DNA from: a virus
Lineage: Duplodnaviria; Caudoviricetes
Strand: one strand, 5' to 3'
DNA: 41,306 nucleotides
Virus record (IMG/VR): IMGVR_UViG_3300032300_000179
Location: 1 to 41,306 of that record
Below the pieces are notes generated by a model. It was not told the origin of the DNA. It was given only the letters and a program-made list of their open reading frames with translations, and searched no databases. Made by a program: the position numbers and the translations under genes. This document shows, piece by piece, positions 33,762 to 41,306 of this stretch; positions within the stretch are counted from its first letter, which is position 1; every line of letters begins with the position of its first letter.

Positions 33762-36700
33762 TTACGGCTCGTCGCTTAGTGGAAGGGCAGGGATCTGCCC
33801 CTCCACCCTGTTTGGATCTTGTCGCACCCCGCCCCCTGTTGCTGGGGCAATATTTGCATCAAGCAAAGACTGACCGTCATCAAACGCGCCACGAATAACT
33901 TCGTCAGCGTTGCTGGATTGGGGGTTGTACCCTGCGTTGTCAAAAGTGCGATAGTCCATCTGCTCCCCAGAACGAAGCATCCAGATCAGGCGATAGAAAA
34001 AACCCCTTGTTCTGCTCGCGCCCATCTGAGCAGTAAGTCGCACATACAAATCGCTTCTATTAGACCAAAGGCGCACAAGCACCTCTCTTGCTCGCGGCGT
34101 AAGTTTCTCACCTCTTACCTGCGCCATAAATGGCGACAAGTTTACGAAGTGACCACCATCCAAATGCACATCTGGATCTGGGAACGCAAGCCCGTTGTCA
34201 ATCGGCACAATCTTGAATTCATCCCATCGTTCTCCAGTTTTTTGCCCAGTTACGGGATCAATTGGGTATCCCTCATCGTCAAACACTGGCTGCCTTGCTG
34301 TTGGAACAGGAGCAAATAGATAATTTCCACCGTGGCGGTCAAGATTTCCGATTAGCGTGTCAAAGAGACCCATTAGGTCTGCATTGACTGGCGACTTGCT
34401 TCGGGTCATCGCGCTGTGCGATCCTGAGTACCCAGTGAGCCAGTCCATGACCAAAGCCGCGCTTTCATCAAGAGTGTTGCCATTTGCGTCTTTGAGATAC
34501 GGCAAATCTCTGATGTACGCTTGCGCTTTGCGAATAAAAAGACCGCCCAACTCGTCAATAATTTGCGCCGCTGGTTCAGCCCAAAGGTCTGAGCGTTTAA
34601 AATCGCCGTATTCTCGTCTGATTGGCTTTGGATACATCTTTTCTACGGATTTAATAATAAATGGATGACCTTTCCACTTTCCCTTCCATGGCTCGTTAAT
34701 GCTCCCGCTGCCAAGAGACTTTGCGGTATCTGGCGCGTCAAGTTCCGTTGTTGTTACGCCCATAATTGTCTGCTCTACGCCCTTCATGATGTCGTCAAGG
34801 CGCTCGCGGTATTGTTCAATTTCGGCTTGAACTTGGGCATCCGTGACATCAAGGAATTTGTTTTTTGGGATAGCCTTAACCGCAGCCTCAAGATCCTTGT
34901 CCAAAGCCTCTAGTGTCTTTTCGTACAAGTCTTCTGAAACCACCACTGCTGGCTTTGATCGCGCCGCTCGCGCAAGCCTCTGGCGCTCTGCCTCAATCGC
35001 TGATCGCTTATCGCGGATTAATTTTCTTGCTTTTGCAGCCCACTCTGCGACCTTGATTTTTCCGCCAAGCAGCGCAGCGTTGTTTTCGTTAAGGACAGCA
35101 ACGATTTCTTTTCTTGTCAAAGACTGTCGCTCAAGTTGCAGGTTGACTAAGTGATCGCGCATTGCTTTTGCGACAAGGCGCAGTTTCTGCGGCGTGAGCG
35201 GGGATGCCTCTCTGTAGTCGCTTTCTGGGTTTCTTAGTCGCGCCAGCGACCTAAACCTTGCAGCAATTGCCATGCCAGCGCCTTCGGCTGCGATGTCGCT
35301 CATGCCGCGCTTGCCAAATCGCACAAGTTTGCTGTTCATCCCTGCAAGAATTGCAGGAATAAAAATGTCTGATGAACGATCATCCCCGCCAACTACTGTG
35401 CCAGTTCTGATTTCTGACAGCGCGTGCGCAGTGTAAATATCAATTAGGTCGTCGTATTCCTTGGTTCCGCGAGTGTAGCCAAGCGCCTCAACGATTGGCG
35501 CAACCCTTGCTGAAATCAGCGCAGATCGCTCCTCTGCATGCGTTTTTGCGGCAGCAAGCACCATATCGTAAGCCGCCTGAGCATCTGGGTTCCCGCGAAG
35601 ATCCCACTCGTATGCGTCAAGAAGTTGCGTCGCCTCCCAGAGTTCTGGGGTAAGTTTCACCGTGCCGTAAGCGTCTTCGGAAAACAGCGTTCCGTCGCTG
35701 CGACCTGCTGGCGCGTTTTTTGCTGCTTCGTCTGCAAGGATCTCTAGCAGCGTTGCCTCAAGTTCGTACCAAGCAATGTCCACTGGCTTGTCAACCCAAG
35801 CGTCGTCTTTCACCAGCATCTGCCCTTCGTGCGGCGCAAGCGAACCCATCAATTCCCGTTGCTGATCTTTTGTGTATGCGCGAGACAAAATTGCGCGCAA
35901 AATAAACGATGGGTCTTTGTACATGCGGCGCACAAATTCAGCGCGATTATCAACCGCTGATGCTCGCGCACTAATCCAAGCGCCTTGTGGCTCGCCTGCG
36001 GGCGGTGCGTCTGGCAAAGGAAACAATTCTGCCGCAAGAGCAGACAAATCTACCGCCTCAACTGGTCTGACACGCTTTGCCAGTGGCAGGATGCCCGTGA
36101 CCTTTGCGTAATGCGGGTTTCCGTCAAGATCTGGGTTGTTTCTGTATCGCAAGCCAGTGCTGCTATAGCCTCTTACATCAGACCAGAATGCCGAAGCGCC
36201 AACTTCTGCGCCGTCTTGAAGTCTTGGCAATGCAATAAACGCTGCGATCAATGGGTCGCTTGGGTTTGCTCCGCGCTCCACTGCCGCCTTTGCCACAGCA
36301 CGCAACACATCCTCAAACTGAATTGGGTCGTGCAGGGCATCTCGCCCAACACCGTCAGCAAGTCGCAATGCTGCCCTTCGCGCATCCCTTGTTGCAGCCT
36401 GCGCAAGTTTAAAGACTCCAAGTGTGGGGCTTTCTGCGCCAACATCTTTTGTGACATTAAGTTGACCGCCACTATTTCGTGGCGATGCAGTGCGCTGGTC
36501 AGTTTTGTAACTCGCCGACTTAAATAGACCAGTGTTTGCAAGACCAAGCAACTGATTCCCGACTGCGATACGCAAAAACTGCCTAAATCCTCCGTCACCA
36601 GAAAGATCTACCTCAACAAGCCCCCTAAACGGCTGGCTGGTATCCTGAATCAGAATTTCCCCTGATCCCATGGCTGCATTTGGATCGTAGAATTCAAATT

Positions 36701-39700
36701 TGTCTTCAACCATCACAATTGGTCGCTTTGTTAGTTGGTCGTAGGTTACGCCCGCTTCACCAAGGGGCGCTGGAACAAGAATTTTCCTGCTCATTGACAT
36801 TGGCAGTGGAATCCCAGAGTTTTCTGGAACAATTACTACCGCATTATTTCCAAGACCGTCACGCAGACCATTTGATGTTGTGTTGCGCGTGATCATAACT
36901 TTGAGCAAGTCTGCTTCGTACAGTTTCCTTAGCATTGCAACTCTCGGCTCTCCAAGGACTTGCTCTGGAGTAATTCCGCGCTCTTCCGCAAACTGCATAA
37001 GGTCAACAGCATCAGCGCCGTTTTGCTCTGCAAACACATCTAGCCTTTGGTATTGATATTCCGACTCTGAAATGCCAGCGCCGCTTAATCCCCTGATACC
37101 AAACAGCCGCCTAAGAATTACATCTCTTGGAATGTTCGGGTTTGCAGCAATAATCCGTTCCGCAATCTCTCCAAACACTGTGCCTTTTAGTTTTTCTGCG
37201 CGCCACAAACCAAAATCGTCTGAAAGGTCAAGACCAAGGCTTGTAAGCCTTTTGTGCAGCGCAGCGACTTCCACCGTGCTTCGCTCTGTGTTGTCTACAT
37301 CGTTGTACCCAGTCGCCCACTCAATAACCTCCGTGATTGCGTCTGAAGCCCTTCCGATTCTTCCAGTTGCTTGCTGATATGTTTCCTGCTCTTCAGGGGT
37401 CAACTGCTCGCCGCGACGCTTCTTGTTGGCAATCAAAATCAATTCTGGGAGTCTTGCCTCAAGATCCGCAACGGATGCTGGCGGCGTATCCCAAGTTACG
37501 AGCGGGTCTTGCCCTTCTCCTGCTGGTACTGAGACCTTGCCGTTCTCAATGAGTTCGCCAAGAAGGTTTAGTTCAATGTTTTCCATAGGCTTGTACCGTC
37601 CAGCGCGCCTCTCAAAAGGCAAGAACTTAGATGGCGAGCCTTCTGCGCCAGTGGCTACACGATAGGCAAGAAGTTTTTCTAGGTGAGCAAGGAACGGAAT
37701 AGCGGATTCCCTGCTGTTAATTGCTTGTGGCAACACCAGAATTGGCACTGGCTCGTTGCGCGCTAGTCTCCAGCCGCCAATTGCGTAGTGCGTTTTGAGC
37801 AGGGATGTGTCGTACATGCCTGTTTTGTTGTGCAGGAAATTGAAGATATTCTCTACTCCAACGATCTTACCGTCAGCAGGAATAACCACCTGTGGGCTTG
37901 GCGGATCAACAAGGTCGTGCATCTGGAAAATGCGCTTACCGCTTGGGTCAACAAGATCCTCAATCTCTTTGTTTCTTTGGGCATCAATGATTGACTCTCC
38001 CGTGTCGGCATTGTGCTTAAGAATAAATGCGCGAGCCTCTTCGTTGCCAATGTAACTGCTTAGGTCAAAAACGAGTTCTCCCTTATCGTTTGTGTACCAA
38101 ACTTGTTCGTTGAAAATGTCTCCCGCTAGGTCGGTTCTGTTTGCCCTTGGCAGCACAAAAAGTTCCGCAGGGCGTGCGTTGGTAATCAAGCCAGATGGCT
38201 GCAAGAGTGGACGATCTGGGTTGAGGTAGTTCATTAGGAAGTCGTAGCCGCTTACGCCAAGTCTTAGCGTTCCAGCAGCCCGATCCACCTGCCCCATGCT
38301 GATTACCCCTGCCTTTTCCATGTCGTCGTAAAACGCTGTTACTTCTGCTGGGTCAGTAGGAACTTGAATCCTCAGCACAACCTCTTTGTGCATGTCGGCA
38401 ACGCGAAGCGCCAAGTCCTGCACGGGGATGTACCGTGCGAACTTTTCAAATCGTGTTCCGTACAGGGCAAGCGAGACTGGGTTGAGCGTGGTGTAGCCAG
38501 ATCCCTGACCTTCATCTGGTGTTGCGATGCGAACCGTGATGGTCTGGTCTGATGGTGTCGTGCCAATATTGAGTCTCGCCGCCTCTGCGTTGATTAGTTC
38601 CAACATGTTTCTGAGCAGAACCGTCTTGCTTTGCCACTCAGCCTTTTCCTTAAGCATTCCTCCCCGCGAGTCCACTGCGTCGCCTAGGTCTGAAACAATG
38701 TCAGAGACAAGTTTTGCCGTTCTGTATCCGATTCTTTTTGCGTCAGCCATCAAGATGCCGCGAACGATAGATGCGCGCACAGCCTTTGGAATTGCCTTCC
38801 ATTTTTTTCGGTCAAGTTGCAGGTCGCCGTCGCCCCAGTTTGGTTTCAGGTTATTGTTTGCGCCAAAGCCAAACCCGCCTTCGTCTGTAAGCAGCAATTG
38901 CTTCCAATACTCACGCTGGCTTTCGCGATTATCTTTGTCCGTTGCAACCAATTTCTGCAACTGCTCTGCGGTCAACTTGGAAATAGACCCTTCTGTGGCA
39001 ATAATCAGCGGCGTAGGGAGTTCAACCAACTCAACCTCTTCTGGGTCAATCAATACCTTTTTCTTGTTTTTGAGTGGCTTTTTACGCTTTCCTTCGCCGC
39101 GCTGTTCGGCGAGCCACAATTGGAAATCCGCAGCATCAACAGACAGGCGCGGGTCGTGCGTTGCTAGGCTTGGAACTGGCTTGAGCAGTGCTTGGCGCTC
39201 TGCCGTGTTCAAAATCTTTGAGGCAAACCGCACGAACGACAGGACGCTAGATGGTCGCGACCTTGCAACCACATTCCCGCTCAAACCAAATTGCTGCTGA
39301 ATGCCAGCAATGACGGAAAGGGGCGTTACGCCACTTCTCACCGTGATCGGCTGCTGCGGGGCTGTAGGGTCTGGCGCTCCGCTTAGTGCTGGGGTTGTTG
39401 CGTTCTGATTAACAAAAAATGTCTCTAGCGCAGCGTCGGATGGGTCGTAGCCGATGTCATAACTAAAACCGTTTGGCGGAATATCGTCTGCGTAAGAAAA
39501 CGCTTCGCCACCACCACCCGATGCCGTTCCAACCATGCCGCCATCCTGCATCATCGCAAGCATGTCGCCGAATGTTCCATCGTCTGGCATTGCCCCAAGC
39601 CGATCTGCGATCTCTGGCGGGAAAGATGGAACAACCATGCAGCGGCAATTGACTGCGTGCTTGGCTGGGAGGCTTGGGTCTTTCGGGAACTGGGCTGTGT

Positions 39701-40592
39701 ACTCGCCAACCATAAACGATTCGTTAATCGGGATAATCGTTCCATCCAGCGCGGCGTGTTCTGGTCGCGTTCTGTGGTCGCCTACCGCAATCCACTCTTT
39801 GTACATGACTCCGTTTGCGTCCAGCATGTAGGAACGCTGGTCTCGCGACAGTCCATAAGGATTCGCTGCCAGCGCCTGAATGCCGCTCATGGCTGCGATG
39901 TTGCTGACGCGACCAAATTCTGTGCGCACAATGGCTTCGGCTCGCACCGCAGCAGTAGGGAATGCGCCAATCGGCGTTGCCACAGAAGTCAACCGTGCCA
40001 TGCTCTCTGCTGGCGTAGTCAATGCCAACGAGTTCCTGACGATTTCTGCCTGCACAGCCTTCTTCAGCGTTCCGACCTGATCAGCGATCAGTTCTGGCAC
40101 AAACGAAACGGCAATGTCTACTGAGCGAGCGTCAATCGCAACTAGCCCACGACCCTGCTCTGCGCTGCGACCAATTTCTGGGCGTGCGGAGTTTGTAGAC
40201 CTTGTTAGTTTGGAAACTGCCTTTGTGACCTCTGCGTTGATTTTGTCGGTTTGCTGCTGGGGCATGCCCTTGGACAGAATCTTGACTTCCTCTGCTGCCG
40301 CCCGCGCAATGGTGAGCAGTTTGCTGCGAAGTTCACCGTCAAGTCGCTCCAGTGCTGCAATTTGCTGCTGTGCGCGGCGAACGCGCCACTCAGGGGCTTG
40401 ATTTGCTTGAATGTCCACCAGAATGGCTGCGACCTCTGTTTGCGCTGCATTGATGGCTGTTTGGATCTTTGCGACTGCATCCGACTCAAGGGTGATTTGA
40501 TTCTGTGCGCGACGCAAAAGCGACTCTGCCCATCGGGAGCGAGCCTTAGATGTTTGCCAATTCTGGCGCTGGTCTTCAGTCTGGCTGGGCAA
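33762..40592 (-). CDS. MuF (gp7/Mu gpF-like) minor head protein, 2276 aa, with C-terminal PI3/PI4-kinase/HipA-like domain
   Basis: Follows the portal; IVRTE...KEWIAVGDHRTRPEHAALDG...FPKDP...NCRC; C-terminal GSGSIN, FIIK, LFDTLIGNLDRHGGNYL, IVPIDNGLAFP. Confidence 0.9.
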   Translation of the reverse strand: MPSQTEDQRQNWQTSKARSRWAESLLRRAQNQITLESDAVAKIQTAINAAQTEVAAILVDIQANQAPEWRVRRAQQQIAALERLDGELRSKLLTIARAAAEEVKILSKGMPQQQTDKINAEVTKAVSKLTRSTNSARPEIGRSAEQGRGLVAIDARSVDIAVSFVPELIADQVGTLKKAVQAEIVRNSLALTTPAESMARLTSVATPIGAFPTAAVRAEAIVRTEFGRVSNIAAMSGIQALAANPYGLSRDQRSYMLDANGVMYKEWIAVGDHRTRPEHAALDGTIIPINESFMVGEYTAQFPKDPSLPAKHAVNCRCMVVPSFPPEIADRLGAMPDDGTFGDMLAMMQDGGMVGTASGGGGEAFSYADDIPPNGFSYDIGYDPSDAALETFFVNQNATTPALSGAPDPTAPQQPITVRSGVTPLSVIAGIQQQFGLSGNVVARSRPSSVLSFVRFASKILNTAERQALLKPVPSLATHDPRLSVDAADFQLWLAEQRGEGKRKKPLKNKKKVLIDPEEVELVELPTPLIIATEGSISKLTAEQLQKLVATDKDNRESQREYWKQLLLTDEGGFGFGANNNLKPNWGDGDLQLDRKKWKAIPKAVRASIVRGILMADAKRIGYRTAKLVSDIVSDLGDAVDSRGGMLKEKAEWQSKTVLLRNMLELINAEAARLNIGTTPSDQTITVRIATPDEGQGSGYTTLNPVSLALYGTRFEKFARYIPVQDLALRVADMHKEVVLRIQVPTDPAEVTAFYDDMEKAGVISMGQVDRAAGTLRLGVSGYDFLMNYLNPDRPLLQPSGLITNARPAELFVLPRANRTDLAGDIFNEQVWYTNDKGELVFDLSSYIGNEEARAFILKHNADTGESIIDAQRNKEIEDLVDPSGKRIFQMHDLVDPPSPQVVIPADGKIVGVENIFNFLHNKTGMYDTSLLKTHYAIGGWRLARNEPVPILVLPQAINSRESAIPFLAHLEKLLAYRVATGAEGSPSKFLPFERRAGRYKPMENIELNLLGELIENGKVSVPAGEGQDPLVTWDTPPASVADLEARLPELILIANKKRRGEQLTPEEQETYQQATGRIGRASDAITEVIEWATGYNDVDNTERSTVEVAALHKRLTSLGLDLSDDFGLWRAEKLKGTVFGEIAERIIAANPNIPRDVILRRLFGIRGLSGAGISESEYQYQRLDVFAEQNGADAVDLMQFAEERGITPEQVLGEPRVAMLRKLYEADLLKVMITRNTTSNGLRDGLGNNAVVIVPENSGIPLPMSMSRKILVPAPLGEAGVTYDQLTKRPIVMVEDKFEFYDPNAAMGSGEILIQDTSQPFRGLVEVDLSGDGGFRQFLRIAVGNQLLGLANTGLFKSASYKTDQRTASPRNSGGQLNVTKDVGAESPTLGVFKLAQAATRDARRAALRLADGVGRDALHDPIQFEDVLRAVAKAAVERGANPSDPLIAAFIALPRLQDGAEVGASAFWSDVRGYSSTGLRYRNNPDLDGNPHYAKVTGILPLAKRVRPVEAVDLSALAAELFPLPDAPPAGEPQGAWISARASAVDNRAEFVRRMYKDPSFILRAILSRAYTKDQQRELMGSLAPHEGQMLVKDDAWVDKPVDIAWYELEATLLEILADEAAKNAPAGRSDGTLFSEDAYGTVKLTPELWEATQLLDAYEWDLRGNPDAQAAYDMVLAAAKTHAEERSALISARVAPIVEALGYTRGTKEYDDLIDIYTAHALSEIRTGTVVGGDDRSSDIFIPAILAGMNSKLVRFGKRGMSDIAAEGAGMAIAARFRSLARLRNPESDYREASPLTPQKLRLVAKAMRDHLVNLQLERQSLTRKEIVAVLNENNAALLGGKIKVAEWAAKARKLIRDKRSAIEAERQRLARAARSKPAVVVSEDLYEKTLEALDKDLEAAVKAIPKNKFLDVTDAQVQAEIEQYRERLDDIMKGVEQTIMGVTTTELDAPDTAKSLGSGSINEPWKGKWKGHPFIIKSVEKMYPKPIRREYGDFKRSDLWAEPAAQIIDELGGLFIRKAQAYIRDLPYLKDANGNTLDESAALVMDWLTGYSGSHSAMTRSKSPVNADLMGLFDTLIGNLDRHGGNYLFAPVPTARQPVFDDEGYPIDPVTGQKTGERWDEFKIVPIDNGLAFPDPDVHLDGGHFVNLSPFMAQVRGEKLTPRAREVLVRLWSNRSDLYVRLTAQMGASRTRGFFYRLIWMLRSGEQMDYRTFDNAGYNPQSSNADEVIRGAFDDGQSLLDANIAPATGGGVRQDPNRVEGQIPALPLSDEP

Positions 40593-40598
40593 AGGTGG

Positions 40599-41306
40599 TT
40601 ACTCCCCTTGCGGTTCTGGCGTTTCCTGTGTTTCTGGCTTTTCCATTGCGTCTGGCGAGCCGTCGTTCTGCGCTGGCTTCGCTGGCACACCCTTTTTAGC
40701 CTGCTGGGGCTGCGTTTGATTGAAAATGGTGGCTAGGCTTGGCTGGCTGTTTTCCGCCTCTGTAGCCGCCTTTTCAGCCTCCTCTTCAATCATCTCCAGT
40801 TCCTTGTCAGGCTCCAGTTCAATGCCCAACTGTCCAGTGATGCTGAGGAAGACCTTTCGTGCAGAATCTTCCGAAATAAACTTGGCATCCTTGGCTGCTG
40901 CAAGCGCGCCCATCAGTTGTGGCAGTGCGGCTGCAATTCCCTTGGTGTCTTCCACGCTTGGATCTGGCAGGATCACCGTCACTGTGCGATCTACGCCCTT
41001 GGAGAGTCGCCCTGCTGAAATCGCCTTGGAGATCACATACTGGGCGATGTCCTCAAACACTGAGCCAACAAGTCGCTGGCGTGCTGTGAGCATGCGGTAG
41101 GTCGGGTCGCCCTGCGCTGCGAGTGTGGCGCGGTTCGCTGAGTCGCCATCTGCAAACCAGCCCTCTGGCACGCCTGCGCCACCAAGAATTAGATTCTTAA
41201 TGAGGCGGCTGATTGTCTCTGTTTCGGCTGCGCCTAGGGCTGGGGATACTGCTTGCCATGTCTCGTAGTCATTGTGGACACGCACAGTGCCAGCCTTTGG
41301 TGCATA
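40599..41306 (-). CDS. portal protein, C-terminal part
   Basis: GVPEGWF-x4-SANRAT...RQ motif typical of portal C-terminal halves; joins 1..900. Confidence 0.85.
   Translation of the reverse strand, partial: YAPKAGTVRVHNDYETWQAVSPALGAAETETISRLIKNLILGGAGVPEGWFADGDSANRATLAAQGDPTYRMLTARQRLVGSVFEDIAQYVISKAISAGRLSKGVDRTVTVILPDPSVEDTKGIAAALPQLMGALAAAKDAKFISEDSARKVFLSITGQLGIELEPDKELEMIEEEAEKAATEAENSQPSLATIFNQTQPQQAKKGVPAKPAQNDGSPDAMEKPETQETPEPQGE
41184..41306. repeat. second copy of the 123-bp terminal overlap
   Basis: identical to 1-123. Confidence 0.95.

Noticed and set aside
33762-40592. Virion RNA polymerase or intein explaining the size of MuF
   Set aside because: I found no DxDGD polymerase motif, LAGLIDADG motif or intein splice-junction pattern by eye; a profile search could still overturn this
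571-41100. All plus-strand ORFs in the track (e.g. 12645..13316, 16478..17299, 38527..39300)
   Set aside because: They are antisense shadows of well-supported minus-strand genes, with no recognisable motifs
41184-41306. Terminal direct repeat as a biological genome end
   Set aside because: It falls in the middle of the portal ORF, which reads through the join; best explained as circular assembly overlap

Overview
The window is a complete, circularly permuted tailed-phage genome (siphovirus-type). The unit length is 41,183 bp: bases 1-123 are repeated at 41184-41306, and the portal gene reads in frame across the join. All credible genes are on the minus strand. In transcription order: terS, terL, portal, a 2276-aa MuF minor head protein ending in a PI3/PI4-kinase/HipA-like domain, a small candidate immunity gene, head-fibre-like genes, an 893-aa multidomain protein (repeated QPRDxKGRF motifs, zeta-toxin-like kinase, HiPIP-like Cys domain), a protease-scaffold-capsid fusion, connectors, tail tube, a -1 frameshifting tail chaperone, tape measure, a single fused tail-tip protein, lysis genes, and a metallophosphoesterase. 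A recombination/replication block follows (PD-(D/E)XK nuclease, Sak4-like ATPase, SSB, initiator with iterons, RusA). Last is an early region built from five repeated sigma70 promoter + stem-loop + RBS cassettes. I recognised no integrase, DNA polymerase or tRNA. The most interesting signal is a head-gene module with two unrelated kinase domains on probable virion-packaged proteins, one apparently a polyprotein cut after Glu by the phage's own prohead protease. Also notable are a pseudoknot-capable RNA after the capsid gene and the covarying leader hairpins. All family assignments come from motif recognition by eye; no searches were run.
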